Source of the DNA: an uncultured Verrucomicrobiae bacterium
GTDB lineage: Bacteria; Verrucomicrobiota; Verrucomicrobiia; Chthoniobacterales; UBA10450
Length of the DNA stretch: 64,000 nucleotides
Direction: 5' to 3'
Assembly: GCA_963726745.1 (NCBI GenBank)
Contig: CAVSDR010000006.1
Coordinates: 576,001-640,000 of the forward strand
Position 1 is the stretch's first letter; every line of letters starts with the position of its first letter. The notes below the pieces were generated by a model, which did not search any database, was not told where the DNA came from, and saw only the letters and a program-made list of their open reading frames with translations. Shown one piece after another: positions 1 to 10,803 of this stretch. The position numbers and the translations under genes are program-made.

Positions 1-349
1 GATTGTGCTTTGCCACGTGAGCGTAAAGCGGCCGCAGCTCGATCCCGGCGACGAACTGCGCCACCGCCGCCGTCGCGATCCCTTGGCCCCAATACTCCCG
101 GCCGAGCCAGTAACCGATGTTCGGCGCACCGGCCGCGTCCCAACTGGCAATGTTTCCCGCCACCGCCCCGTCCACTAGGATGGTGCGCAGCAGGCCGGTC
201 GTGTTCCCCATGATCTTCTCCCAGTGCGCCATGAAAGCTTCCCGGTCGCGGCTCGGAAACGCGGCCATCCGCGTGGCCTCCGGATCGAGTTGATGCTCAA
301 AAAAAAGCGGCAGATCTGCCGGGCTGACTTTGCGGAGCGTGACCGTCAT
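1..349 (-). CDS. GNAT (RimJ/RimL-like) N-acetyltransferase, 3' end runs off the window
   Basis: Manual translation from ATG 349: MTVTLRKVSPADLPLFFEHQLDPEATRMAAF...NIGYWLGREYWGQGIATAAV..., containing the GNAT acetyl-CoA motif (YWGQGIAT). Not in the ORF track because its stop lies outside the window. Confidence 0.85.
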   Translation of the reverse strand, partial: MTVTLRKVSPADLPLFFEHQLDPEATRMAAFPSRDREAFMAHWEKIMGNTTGLLRTILVDGAVAGNIASWDAAGAPNIGYWLGREYWGQGIATAAVAQFVAGIELRPLYAHVAKHN

Positions 350-489
350 CTGCCAGTAGTCATGAACATCGGATTCGGCGACGGCAAGCTCTCGCCGCTA
401 GGGAAAAGAATTCGATCGGCGGCCGAGGGTGGACGATCCCCTTCCCCCTTGCGCGTCCAACACTGCCTTGAAACCTTTGGAGCTTACAC

Positions 490-1365
490 CTACGACCGTT
501 TGAGTTCGGCGCGTGCTTTCTTCATCTCGGCTTTTTTCTCGGCGTCGAGTTCGGGCAGGTGGAGGTGCAGCGCCTGCAGCTGATCCACGATCACGGAGCT
601 AACGACCAGCCGGGCAAACCATTTGTTATCCGCCGGGATGACATGCCAGGGAGCGGCGGGCGTGGCCGTGGCCCGCACCATTTCTTCGAAGGCCTTTTGA
701 TAGCGTGGCCAAAGCTTGCGCTCCTCCACGTCGCTCTTCTCGAACTTCCAGTTTTTGGTGTCGTCGTTCAGGCGCTCGAGAATCCGCCGCTTTTGTTCTT
801 CTGGCGAAATCTGCAGGAGGAACTTGAGCACAACGGTGCCATTGCGGGTGAGATGACTTTCGAAGTCGTTGATGCTCCGGTAGCGCTCATCCCAGATTTT
901 TTTGGTGCGCCGCTCCTTTGGCAGATTTTGGTTGTCGAGATAATCGGGGTGCACCCGCACGACGATCACCTCCTCGTAATAACTGCGGTTAAAGATGCCG
1001 ATGCGGCCGCGCTCTGGAAGCGCGAGCGAAGCGCGCCAAAGAAAGTCGTGCTTTCGCTCCTTCTCGCTCGGGGCGCGAAAGCTGGTGACCTCGCAACCCT
1101 GCGGGTTCACCCCGGAAAGGACGTGCTTGATCGTGCCATCCTTCCCGCCGGCGTCCATTGCCTGAAAGACGAGCAGGAGCGACCACTCGGCCTGCGCGTA
1201 AAGTTTCTCCTGCAGCTTGCAAAGCTGATCGCAGCCTTTCCTCAGCTCACCCTCGGCTTCCTTCTCCGACTTGAACTTGCCGGTGTCGCCGGGATCGATC
1301 TGCTTGAGCCGAAAATCTTTTCCGTGAGTGACTTGATACTGCCGGGCGAGTTTGTTTTTGGCCAC
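490..1365 (-). CDS. ppk2: Polyphosphate kinase 2 family (polyphosphate:nucleotide phosphotransferase)
   Basis: QAMDAGGKDGTIK Walker A, FNRSYYE and PADNKWFARL motifs. Confidence 0.92.
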   Translation of the reverse strand: MAKNKLARQYQVTHGKDFRLKQIDPGDTGKFKSEKEAEGELRKGCDQLCKLQEKLYAQAEWSLLLVFQAMDAGGKDGTIKHVLSGVNPQGCEVTSFRAPSEKERKHDFLWRASLALPERGRIGIFNRSYYEEVIVVRVHPDYLDNQNLPKERRTKKIWDERYRSINDFESHLTRNGTVVLKFLLQISPEEQKRRILERLNDDTKNWKFEKSDVEERKLWPRYQKAFEEMVRATATPAAPWHVIPADNKWFARLVVSSVIVDQLQALHLHLPELDAEKKAEMKKARAELKRS

Positions 1366-1424
1366 GAGCCGGACTATCGCCAGTTTTGCAACCGGCGCAC
1401 GTAGTTAGCCTGCGACACTCCCCG

Positions 1425-2610
1425 TTAGGCAAAGAAGCGCGCCGGTGAGAGCATCGGCTGGGGCTGGCAAATGCGAGCCACGCAATGCTCCCAGCTCTCG
1501 TGGCCGCTCAAGATCTCGATCTCGACGCGCAGGAAGTAGATCGGCACCTCCGGGTTCATCAGGCGCGGGAAACGGACGGCGTCTTTCTCGGTGGTGACGA
1601 TCATTTCGAGGTCGCGACGCAGGCAGCGGTTGATGAAGCTTTGCAGCTCGGCCTCGGTGTAGCGGTGGTGATCGGTGTAATGCTTCGAGATCTCGATCTT
1701 GGCGCCAAGCTTTTGCAGGCCGCCTTCGAAGCTCTCGGGCGCGGCGATGCCGCAAAGCGCGCCAATGTAAGTCTCGCGCAGCCGCTCGAGCGGGAGTTGC
1801 TCGCCGGTGAAGACGTTTTGCAGGTGGAGCGGCTTGTGGGCGCACTCGATGATCTCGGCAGTGCGATTGTACTCGCGGATGCGCTGGATCAACTGGTCGT
1901 TAGGTTCGCCGGTGCTTTTGGTAATGAAGATGTAGCTCGCGCGGCGGAGATTTCGCGGTGGCTCACGCAAGGTGCCGCGCGGGAGCAAGTGTTCATTGCC
2001 GAACGGGGCCTGGCGATCGATCAGGACGATGTCGAGCCGATGCTTCAGGTGGAGGTATTGCAGGCCGTCATCGAGCAACAAAGTGTCGGCTTTTAATTCG
2101 CGGATCGCGAAGAGGCCGCTCTTCACGCGGTCTTTGTCCACCAGGACGATTACGTCCTTCAAGTTGTTCGCGAGCATGTAAGGCTCGTCGCCGGCGGTTT
2201 GGGAATCGAGCAGAAGTGACTTGCCATCGGAGACCACCCGCGGCGGCGCCGGCGACTTTCCGGCGGAAAAAGCCCTGCCGCGCCGCGGGCACCGGCACGC
2301 TTTTGTATCCGCGGCTCAGGATGGCCACGCGGCGCCCGCCGTTGTGCAGGGCGCGTGCGAATTTTTCCACGACCGGCGTTTTCCCGGTGCCGCCCACGGT
2401 TAAGTTGCCGATGCTGATCACGAGGCAGCCGAGCTGGCGCTCGCGGAAAATACGGTGCCGGTAAAGGAAGAGCCGGAGCTGGACGATGCGCTCGTAGACG
2501 ACCGAGAGGACATGGAGCAGCCCGCGGAGGAGCGAGGCGCGCACGCCATGGCGCCGATCGAGGATCACATCGATCGCGAACTGCTCGAGACTTTCAGCGC
2601 GCTGGCCCAT
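1425..2610 (-). CDS. lpxK: Tetraacyldisaccharide 4'-kinase, frameshift near 2255
   Basis: N-part has [12 protein letters not shown] and LSRGYK (ORF 2068-2610); C-part has [20 protein letters not shown] and TTEKDAV (ORF 1425-2237). Confidence 0.92.
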
Positions 2611-3453
2611 CTAGGGATTTCGAATTTGGCGGGCGCCTCCGTTGTCGGCGGTGGTGATGATCGTGCGCGCCCCCTCCCCGGCGGCGGCGGACATGGCGTC
2701 GGCTATTTTCTGCGCCTGGCCTAACGAGACCGCGGCGATGGTGGAGCCGGAGCCGCTGAGGAAGGCGCCGAGCGCACCAGCGTTTTCGGCGGCGGCGACG
2801 ACCTGGTCGAAGAACGGGACGAGCGGTTTCCGGAAGGGTTGATGGAGCCCATCGCGGAAGGCGCCGCGGAGGTTCGCATATTTCCCGGAGGCGAAGGCGG
2901 CAGTGATGGCGGCCGCGTGGCCGCAGCTCTCGACCGCATCTTGCCGGCTAATTTTCGCCGGAAGGAGCGCGCGCGCCTTGGCCGTGGAGACTTCGAAGTC
3001 GGGGATAAGGAGGATGAACTTCAGCGCCGCGGCGACGGGGAAGCGCTGCGGGTCCGCGCCGCTGACGACGTTGAACCCGCCAAAGGTCGCGGGCGCGGCG
3101 TTGTCGGGATGGCCCTCGAGCTCGGCACAAAGCGCGAAGATCTCCGCGCGCGCAAGCGGACCGCCAGCGAGTTGATTGAGCCCATGGATCGTCCCAAGGC
3201 GGACGGTCACGCTGCTGCCGAGACCGCGCGCCATCGGCACCTCGCCAGTGATGCGCACGCGAAAGGCGAAGGGGGCGACCGCGGCGCGGGCGAAGAATTT
3301 CTCGGCTGCCGCGGCCACCATCGGCGGCACAGTTTTCCCGCGGCCGCGGGTGACGGTGATGTCGTTGTAGAGCCGCAAGGCCACGCCCAGGCAATCGTAG
3401 CCGGGCCCGAGATTCGAGGTGCTGGCAGGAACGCGAATGGTAACGGCAGGCAT
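2611..3453 (-). CDS. thrB: Homoserine kinase
   Basis: VPASTSNLGPGYD, PMARGLGSS, EGHPDN and LSGSGST GHMP motifs; ATG at 3453. Confidence 0.93.
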   Translation of the reverse strand: MPAVTIRVPASTSNLGPGYDCLGVALRLYNDITVTRGRGKTVPPMVAAAAEKFFARAAVAPFAFRVRITGEVPMARGLGSSVTVRLGTIHGLNQLAGGPLARAEIFALCAELEGHPDNAAPATFGGFNVVSGADPQRFPVAAALKFILLIPDFEVSTAKARALLPAKISRQDAVESCGHAAAITAAFASGKYANLRGAFRDGLHQPFRKPLVPFFDQVVAAAENAGALGAFLSGSGSTIAAVSLGQAQKIADAMSAAAGEGARTIITTADNGGARQIRNP

Positions 3454-3560
3454 GGCGTAGCTCCTCCGTGCGTGCCTTGCATCCGCACGCGGGGCAAGCG
3501 GATTATGCAATCGCGGACGCGCAGGGCCGCGGCGCGGGGCGAATCTTCTGCGGTGCGCAG

Positions 3561-4478
3561 ATGAAGATGTCGGAATGGATCGGGCCGGAAGCGGTGGCCG
3601 CGTTTGCCGCGGAGGAGACGGACGCCTACCGCCTCTGCACCTTTCCCGATGGCTGGGTCGAGCGCTTCGGCGCGGACATGCTCATCTCCTACAAAACGGA
3701 GAGCGCGCGCGAGCGTCTGACGACCGAACTTTTTCTCTGGGGCGCCTCGGTGCAGTTCAAGTTTCGCCGCGTCTTCGCGCGCTTTTTGCCGAAGCAGAAT
3801 GCCGAGCGCGAGGCGCCGCGGATCGTTTTTGGCGACGAGCTGGCGGACATCGCCGCGACGGCACGGGAACGCGGGGTGCGCTACGGGATCGACTTCGAAG
3901 CTGGTTACTCCTGCGGGCTCTTCCTCGACCAGCGCGAGAACCGCTCGTTTGTCCGGCGGGCGCATCCGAAGAATTTGCTGAATTGTTTCGCCTACACCTG
4001 CTCGTTCTCGGTGGTGGCCGCGCTCGCCGGGGCGAAGACCGTGAGCGTGGACCTGTCGAAGAAGTCGCTCGCGCGGGGGAAGGAAAACTTCGCGCTCAAC
4101 GGACGGGAGACGACGCCGGACCACCGCTTCATCGCGGACGATGTGATGGAATATCTCCCGCGGCTGGCGCGCAAAGGGGAGCACTTCGACGTGGTCATCC
4201 TCGATCCGCCGACCTTCTCGCGCTCGCACCGGGGCAAGGCGTGGCAGGTGGAGCGGGATTTCGAGACGCTCCTCCTGGCCGCGCTCGAGCTGGTGGAGCG
4301 CGATGCGCACATCTTGCTGTCTACCAACTGCACTTCGCTGAACGAGCGCGCGCTCGACGTGATGGCGCGCTTCTGCCTCAAGGCCACCCGCCGTGCCGGC
4401 TCGATGCAACGGACGGCGCCGCTAGTGGATTTCCCGGCCGAAGTAGGCGCGCGCACCCTCTGGCTGACGCTGCGCTAA
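3561..4478 (+). CDS. Class I SAM-dependent methyltransferase, RlmI/RlmK-like
   Basis: GLFLDQRENR, LNCFAYTCSFS and VILDPPTFS motifs. Confidence 0.85.
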   Translation: MKMSEWIGPEAVAAFAAEETDAYRLCTFPDGWVERFGADMLISYKTESARERLTTELFLWGASVQFKFRRVFARFLPKQNAEREAPRIVFGDELADIAATARERGVRYGIDFEAGYSCGLFLDQRENRSFVRRAHPKNLLNCFAYTCSFSVVAALAGAKTVSVDLSKKSLARGKENFALNGRETTPDHRFIADDVMEYLPRLARKGEHFDVVILDPPTFSRSHRGKAWQVERDFETLLLAALELVERDAHILLSTNCTSLNERALDVMARFCLKATRRAGSMQRTAPLVDFPAEVGARTLWLTLR

Positions 4479-4536
4479 ATGGCGGGCGGCGCCATTGCGG
4501 ACGCGCAAAAAGCCCGCACGGTGCGATGAGTAAGTG

Positions 4537-4818
4537 ATGGAAGAACAAATTGCCGAAGCCGACTTTGCGGAGCGCAGCCTGCGTTACACGCGCGATCAAT
4601 GGGATCAACTCCTCGAGCAGACGGAGGAATTTGTGCGCGAAAACCCGACCCGCGCGGTCGGCTACGCGGTCCTCGCGGGCGTGGTCCTCGACCGGCTCCC
4701 GGTCTTTCGGATTTTCGGCGGGCTCGCGCGCCTTTCGCTCATGGCCCTGAAGCCGGCCATCCTGATCTACGGCGCGACCAAGCTCTACCAGGTGGCGCAG
4801 ACCCAGGACGAAGCGTAA
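4537..4818 (+). CDS. Small hypothetical membrane-associated protein (ElaB/YqjD-like C-terminal part)
   Basis: EEFVRENPTRAVGYAVLAGVVL resembles the DUF883 tail. Confidence 0.55.
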   Translation: MEEQIAEADFAERSLRYTRDQWDQLLEQTEEFVRENPTRAVGYAVLAGVVLDRLPVFRIFGGLARLSLMALKPAILIYGATKLYQVAQTQDEA

Positions 4819-4825
4819 CCGCTCG

Positions 4826-5035
4826 TTAGGCGTCGAGGGTAAAGCCGACGTCCACCGTCACCTGCCAGTGGGCCACCTGGCCATTCTCGATATGGCCGCG
4901 CGTTTCCGTGACTTCGAACCAGCGCATGTTGCGCACGGTTTTGCCGGCGCGGGCGATGGCATTGGTGACCGCTTCTTCGATGCTGTTCGGCGAAGAGCCG
5001 ACGAGCTCGATTTTCTTGTAAACGTGATCGCTCAT
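4826..5035 (-). CDS. Dodecin (flavin-binding protein)
   Basis: [23 protein letters not shown]...WFEV...[11 protein letters not shown], 69 aa. Confidence 0.93.
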   Translation of the reverse strand: MSDHVYKKIELVGSSPNSIEEAVTNAIARAGKTVRNMRWFEVTETRGHIENGQVAHWQVTVDVGFTLDA

Positions 5036-5120
5036 CCCGGAGGTTGAACGCTCCCGGGCGTGCTGACAACCGCGATGCTTGCCCTCCCCAGCGCTTCTCT
5101 TTAAAGAGCAGGCTGTTGCC

Positions 5121-7065
5121 ATGGAAAAAAATATCGAGTCGCACCTGGTCGAGAAACGAGTCTTCAAGCCGGGCCGCGATTTCAACCGGCGGGCGCGCAT
5201 CAGCAGCCGCGAGCAATACGACCGGATGTATCGCGAATCGATCCACGCGCCGGATAAATTCTGGGCGCGCGAAGCGAAAGAGCTCACCTGGACGCGGCGC
5301 TGGAAGAAGGTGGTCGACTGGAAGCCGCCCTTCGCGAAATGGTTCGTCGGCGCCGAGCTGAACGTCTCCGAAAATTGCCTCGACCGGCATCTCGCCGGCC
5401 CGCGCCGGAACAAGGCGGCGATCATCTGGGAAGGTGAGCCGGGCGAGAAACGCACGCTCACTTACCAGCAACTTCATCGCGAGGTTTGCCGCTTCGCGAA
5501 TGTGCTCAAGCGCCAGCAAGTGCACGAAGGCGACCGCGTAATTATTTACCTCCCGACGATCCCGGAAGCCGCGATCGCGATGCTGGCCTGCGCGCGCATT
5601 GGCGCGGTCCACTCGGTCATCTTCGGCGGCTTCAGCGCCGATAGCATCCGCGACCGAATCGCGGATTGCGGCGCGACCGCGGTGATCACCGCCGACGGCA
5701 GCTACCGCCGCGGCGCGGTCTTGCCGCTGAAGAAACACGTCGACGATGCGCTCCGCGGCGAGACGACCGTGCGGCGGGTGATCGTCTTCCGCCGTGCGGG
5801 CAACGACGTGCACATCGAGGAAGGCCGCGACGTCTGGTGGCATCGCGAGATGGAATATGTGAACGCGGATTGCCCGCCCACGCCGGTCGACAGCGAGCAC
5901 CCGCTTTACATCCTCTACACCAGCGGCTCGACCGGGAAACCAAAGGGCATCCTGCACACCACTGGCGGGTATTTAGTCGGCACTTACGTGACCACGAAAT
6001 ACGTCTTCGACCTGCGCGAAGAGGACGTCTACTGGTGCACCGCGGACGTCGGCTGGGTCACCGGGCACAGCTACGTGGTCTACGGCCCGCTGGCTAATGG
6101 CGCGACCACCTTGATGTATGAAGGCGCGCCGAACTGGCCGGAGCCGGACCGCTTTTGGCGGATCATCGAGGAGTACGGAGTCAACATTCTCTACACCGCC
6201 CCCACCGCGATCCGCGCCTTCATTCGCTGGGGCGACGATTGGGTCAAGAAGCACGACCTCTCCTCGTTGCGTTTGTTAGGCAGCGTGGGCGAGCCGATCA
6301 ATCCCGAGGCCTGGATGTGGTACCACGAAAAGATCGGCGGCGGCCGTTGCCCGATCGTCGACACCTGGTGGCAGACGGAAACGGGCGCGATCATGATCAC
6401 GCCGTTGCCGGGCGCAATTCCCACGAAACCGGGGAGCGCGACACTCCCGTTCTTCGGGATCGACGCCGCGATCGTCGATGAGGAAGGGAAGGAAGTGGGC
6501 CCGAATCGTTGGCGGCAAATTGATCGTGCGAAAGCCGTGGCCCTCGATGCTGCGGACGATCTACGGCGACGACGCGCGCTACAAGGAACAATACTGGAAG
6601 GAATTCAAAGGCAGCTACCTCACGGGCGACGGCGCGCGCCGCGATAAGGACGGCTATTTCTGGATCGTCGGCCGGATCGACGACGTGCTCAACGTCGCCG
6701 GCCATCGCCTGGGCACCTCGGAAATCGAGAGCGCGCTCGTGAGCCACGCGGCGGTCGCCGAAGCGGCGGTGGTCGGCCGGCCCGATGAACTCAAGGGCCA
6801 GGGCGTGGTCGCGTTTGTGACTGTGAAAACGGGCGTCAACGCCACCCCGGCGCTCAAGGAAGAGCTGCGCCAGCACGTGGCCCAACACATTGGCGCCATC
6901 GCCCGGCCGGACGAAGTCCGCTTTGCCGAGGCGCTGCCAAAAACGCGCAGCGGCAAGATCATGCGCCGTTTACTCAAAGAGATCGCGAGCGGCAAAGCAG
7001 TCACGGGCGACACGACCACGCTGGAGGATCTCGGCGTGCTGGCAAAGCTGAGCGCGGACGACTGA
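5121..7065 (+). CDS. acs: Acetyl-CoA synthetase, frameshift near 6508
   Basis: [11 protein letters not shown] and DTWWQTETG motifs; C-part has [14 protein letters not shown] and [11 protein letters not shown]. Confidence 0.95.
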
Positions 7066-7124
7066 AGCGAGCGTCGCTGCTTGTTTTCGCTTTGGCAAAC
7101 GACGCGCGCGGCTAGCGTTCGCTT

Positions 7125-9002
7125 GTGAATTTCATTCGCACCGGATTTCGCGAGCTCGGCCTGAAAGTGCGCCGGCAGCGCACCGGCATGGCCTTGCGCC
7201 ACGAAAAGCGCGTCCTCCAGCGGGCCGAGGTCGCGCTCGGCCGCGAAGGCGTGAACCAGGCGGGCAACGTCCCCGAACTGCGCACCGAGATCGTGGCGCT
7301 GAAGAAGCTCGAGCAGGAGCAACGCGAAGTCGCGGTCCGCATCTCGCAGATCGAGGCCGCGCTCAAGCAGCTCGAAACCCAGCGGCAGGAGAACGCCCGC
7401 GCGCAGCAGGAAGCCGTCTCCGCGCTCGAGCAACGCAAGCAGCCGATCCTCCAGCGCCGCGATGAGGCACGCAAAGCTTCCGACCTGTGCGACCGCGAGC
7501 TTTCCGGCGTCGACCGCCGGTTGAGCGCGAACGATGCGACCGATCGCGACTTGCTGAAGAAGCTGACGGAGTTGCAGGCGCAAGTCCCGCCGCCGGCCGA
7601 CCTCGACACGCAGACTGCGACCCTGGGCGTGCGCCGTGGGCGCCTGCCCGAGGAGCGCGCGGAGATCGAACGTGCGCGCCTGGGCGCGGCCGAGGCTTGC
7701 CGCCAGGCGAAGACGAAATTAACCGCCTGCCAGGGCGAGCTCGACGTAATCGAAAAGGAAATCGCCGCGGTGCGCGGCGAGTTCGAGGCGAAGGATCGCG
7801 CGCTGAACGAGAACAGCCGCGCGCAGCAAGAGACGCTCAAGGAAGCGCGTGCGCAGCACCAGACCGTCGAGGAACGCAAGAACCCGGCCTACCTGAACAT
7901 CGGGCGCCATCTCGGCTCGCAGGGCATCGCGCCGCCGAACGCGCCGCATTTGCTCGAGGAAGTGCAGCGCCATCGCGCCGCGGTCGAACGCCACACGCAG
8001 CACAAGCGCGAGCTCGCCGTCCTCTCCGCCGAAATCGACAAGCAGGAGCTGCGGAAATTTTACTTCAGCATCTTCTCCGTCCTCGTGCTCCTGCCGATCA
8101 TTGTCTTCTTCGTGATGCAATCGCCGCGGCAGCGCGATTGGCTCCCGCAGGAGACGGAGGCGATCATGTCATTGAACCTGCAACAACTCCCGCAGGACGA
8201 CTTCGTGAAGCGCTGGGAAAAGGAACGCGCGCCTGAATGGCAATCGATCTGGGCCGGCCTTACCTCCAACGCCGGCCGCACTCCCGCGCTCAATCTCGTG
8301 CGCGACGCCACCCGCCTCACCCGCGCGCTCACTTCAGGCCACGCTGGCGCGGTGCGTGAGTTCCTCCTTGTGCAGACGAAGGGCGACGTCGCCCCAGTCC
8401 TCCGCGCGGTCGTGCCCGAGCAGGGCTTCGAGCGGCGCGCAGTCAGCGGGCTGCCGATTTGGGTGCGCTCGGATTTTGCGCTCGCGCGCGTCGGGCCGCG
8501 CACGCTCGCGGTCGGCACTTTCGAGAGCGTCGAGGAACTCGTGCGCGTGCGTCTCGGGATTCGTCCGGATTTGAAGATCACCGGCTCGCTCTTCGATCGG
8601 CTGGAGGCGCTGGACAAGGAGACGAGCGTGCGTTTGATCGCGCGCGATCCTGCCAGTCTCGCGCAGTTTTTCCCGGCGATCTTCAAACGCGAGCTGCTCG
8701 AGGTTTCGCAAACTCTCGCCTTCGGCCTGGCTCTCGGAAATCCGGTCAAAGGCCGGCTGATCCTGCGCACGAAATCGCCGAAAATAGCCAGCGACCTGGC
8801 GGAGCAGGTGCGGACCGATCCCGAGCGCTACCTCCGCCTGGAGAACTCCGATTACCTGCTCTACGCGCAGCCGCCGGAGGTGGTGGCGCAGGGCACCGGA
8901 GTGGAGATTCGCTTCGAGATTCCGGAGAATAGTGCTCGACTTCTCCTCCAGCGATTTGCGAGGAACAACGCCCCGCCTGCGGTCGCCGCGGCCGGGAATT
9001 AG
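7125..9002 (+). CDS. Hypothetical protein: long N-terminal coiled coil, one TM helix, C-terminal extracytoplasmic domain
   Basis: 625-aa ORF with E/Q/R/A-rich heptads to about aa 310, then FYFSIFSVLVLLPIIVFFVM. Confidence 0.7.
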   Translation: MNFIRTGFRELGLKVRRQRTGMALRHEKRVLQRAEVALGREGVNQAGNVPELRTEIVALKKLEQEQREVAVRISQIEAALKQLETQRQENARAQQEAVSALEQRKQPILQRRDEARKASDLCDRELSGVDRRLSANDATDRDLLKKLTELQAQVPPPADLDTQTATLGVRRGRLPEERAEIERARLGAAEACRQAKTKLTACQGELDVIEKEIAAVRGEFEAKDRALNENSRAQQETLKEARAQHQTVEERKNPAYLNIGRHLGSQGIAPPNAPHLLEEVQRHRAAVERHTQHKRELAVLSAEIDKQELRKFYFSIFSVLVLLPIIVFFVMQSPRQRDWLPQETEAIMSLNLQQLPQDDFVKRWEKERAPEWQSIWAGLTSNAGRTPALNLVRDATRLTRALTSGHAGAVREFLLVQTKGDVAPVLRAVVPEQGFERRAVSGLPIWVRSDFALARVGPRTLAVGTFESVEELVRVRLGIRPDLKITGSLFDRLEALDKETSVRLIARDPASLAQFFPAIFKRELLEVSQTLAFGLALGNPVKGRLILRTKSPKIASDLAEQVRTDPERYLRLENSDYLLYAQPPEVVAQGTGVEIRFEIPENSARLLLQRFARNNAPPAVAAAGN

Positions 9003-9019
9003 CCAGCGCTTTCTCTCCC

Positions 9020-9682
9020 TTGATCCGTCTGTCACTCCGCCTCAGCCTTATCCTCGGCGCGTTCGCCAGCGCCGCCGCCGCGGAGCCAGAATTGGTCGAC
9101 CTGCACACGGTCGACCCGACGATCGTGATCGAGCTGCGCTACGCGAGCGCAAACAACTTCACCGGCCGCCCGCTTTATCCGCCGAACATGCCCGCGCTCG
9201 TCCGGCCAAGCGTAGCCGCCAAGCTGGTCGCCGCGCAAAGCGAACTTCTCCCGCGCGGCTATCGCCTGAAAATTTGGGACGCCTACCGGCCGAAGTCGGT
9301 CCATGACCAGCTCTGGCAGGTCTACCCGAACAAGGATTACGTCGGAAACCCAAACGACGGCATCGGCTCGCTCCACACCTGGGGCGTGGCGGTCGATGCG
9401 ACCATGGTCGACAGCAAAGGCCGCGATGTCACCATGCCGACGGACTTCGACGATTTCACGCCCGCCGCCATGCTCAAATACACCGGCAAGGACCCGATCG
9501 TGAGCCTGCACCTGCACATCCTCCAGCGGGCTATGGCCCGGGCGCAATTCTTCGGGCTGCGCACCGAATGGTGGCACTTCATTTCGCGCGGCTGGACAAA
9601 ATTCCAGCCGATCAAGGAAACGCCGCCCGTGATCGAGCCCGCGCGGCGCGCGGAAGCAGTCGTTAGGCCACCGCAGCGTTGA
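9020..9682 (+). CDS. D-Ala-D-Ala dipeptidase (VanX/DdpX, M15D), with signal peptide
   Basis: ELRYASANNF, WDAYRP, SLHTWGVAVD and EWWHF motifs. Confidence 0.9.
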   Translation: MIRLSLRLSLILGAFASAAAAEPELVDLHTVDPTIVIELRYASANNFTGRPLYPPNMPALVRPSVAAKLVAAQSELLPRGYRLKIWDAYRPKSVHDQLWQVYPNKDYVGNPNDGIGSLHTWGVAVDATMVDSKGRDVTMPTDFDDFTPAAMLKYTGKDPIVSLHLHILQRAMARAQFFGLRTEWWHFISRGWTKFQPIKETPPVIEPARRAEAVVRPPQR

Positions 9683-9693
9683 ACACGTGATCG

Positions 9694-10794
9694 CTAGGCC
9701 GCGACGAGCGCGGCATGCCGGCAAATCCAGCCGCCGCCCAGGACCACATCGCCATCGTAAAAGACCGCCGCCTGTCCCGGCGTGACCGCCTTCTGCGGCT
9801 CGTGTAATTCGATCCGCGCGGTCCCATCTGGTAGCGGATGGAGCGTCGCGCGCGTGCCCGGATGCGCGTAACGGATCTTCACCGTGATCTCGATCGGCTC
9901 CTCGCTTTCCCCGCGGCTGACCCAATTCACCCGATCGATTTCGAACGCTTCCGTGACCAGGTCCTCGGCGCTGCCGACAATCACGCGATTGGTCTGCGGG
10001 TCGATGTCGATCACATAGCGCGGCTGCGCGGAGCCTCCGGGCAAACCTTTGCGCTGACCGATGGTGAACATCTCGATCCCGCCATGCTCGCCGAGAAAAT
10101 TGCCAGCAAGATCATAGATCCCGCCTTCGTGAAATTCTGCCTCGCCGAGATGCGAACGGAGGAACGCCTTGTAGTCATTTCCCGGGACAAAACAAATCTC
10201 CTGGCTGTCGACCTTGTCGGCCACTTTTAAGCCGAGCGTGCGCGCGATCTCACGAATCGCCGGCTTCGACATCGCGCCCAGCGGCGTGAGCGCCCGCCGG
10301 AGTTGTTGCTGGCGCAGGCTAAAAAGAAAATACGACTGGTCCTTTCGCGGATCGGCCCCTTTGCGCAGGACCGCGTGGTCGGCGTGGTGCTCGATGATCG
10401 CGTAATGCCCGGTGGCAATGAAGTCGCAGCCAAGCGCGGCCGCCTTGTCCCAGAGCTTGCCGAACTTCAGCTTCTCGTTGCACATGACGCACGGATTCGG
10501 CGTGCGCCCGGCCTGGTATTCGCTCGAAAAATAATCGATCACCAGCTTCTCGAATTGGTCGGCTTCATCGACCACGTAATGGGGGATGCCTAACGAGTGA
10601 GCGACATTGCGGGCATCGGCTACCGCCTGTGGCCCGCAGCATTTATCCTCCGCACGCGAGATGCAGTCCTGCGGCCAGACTTTCATGGTCACGCCGATGA
10701 CCTCGTAGCCCTGCTCGCGCAGGAGATAGCCGGCGACGCTGGAATCGACGCCGCCACTCATCCCAAGAAGGACGCGCTGTTGGTTGCCTGGCAT
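9694..10794 (-). CDS. mnmA: tRNA 2-thiouridine(34) synthase
   Basis: MSGGVDSS, TPNPCVMCN, ATGHYA, KDQSYFL, SQEICF and TPGQAAVFY motifs. Confidence 0.96.
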   Translation of the reverse strand: MPGNQQRVLLGMSGGVDSSVAGYLLREQGYEVIGVTMKVWPQDCISRAEDKCCGPQAVADARNVAHSLGIPHYVVDEADQFEKLVIDYFSSEYQAGRTPNPCVMCNEKLKFGKLWDKAAALGCDFIATGHYAIIEHHADHAVLRKGADPRKDQSYFLFSLRQQQLRRALTPLGAMSKPAIREIARTLGLKVADKVDSQEICFVPGNDYKAFLRSHLGEAEFHEGGIYDLAGNFLGEHGGIEMFTIGQRKGLPGGSAQPRYVIDIDPQTNRVIVGSAEDLVTEAFEIDRVNWVSRGESEEPIEITVKIRYAHPGTRATLHPLPDGTARIELHEPQKAVTPGQAAVFYDGDVVLGGGWICRHAALVAA

Positions 10795-10803
10795 TCGGCG
10801 ACC

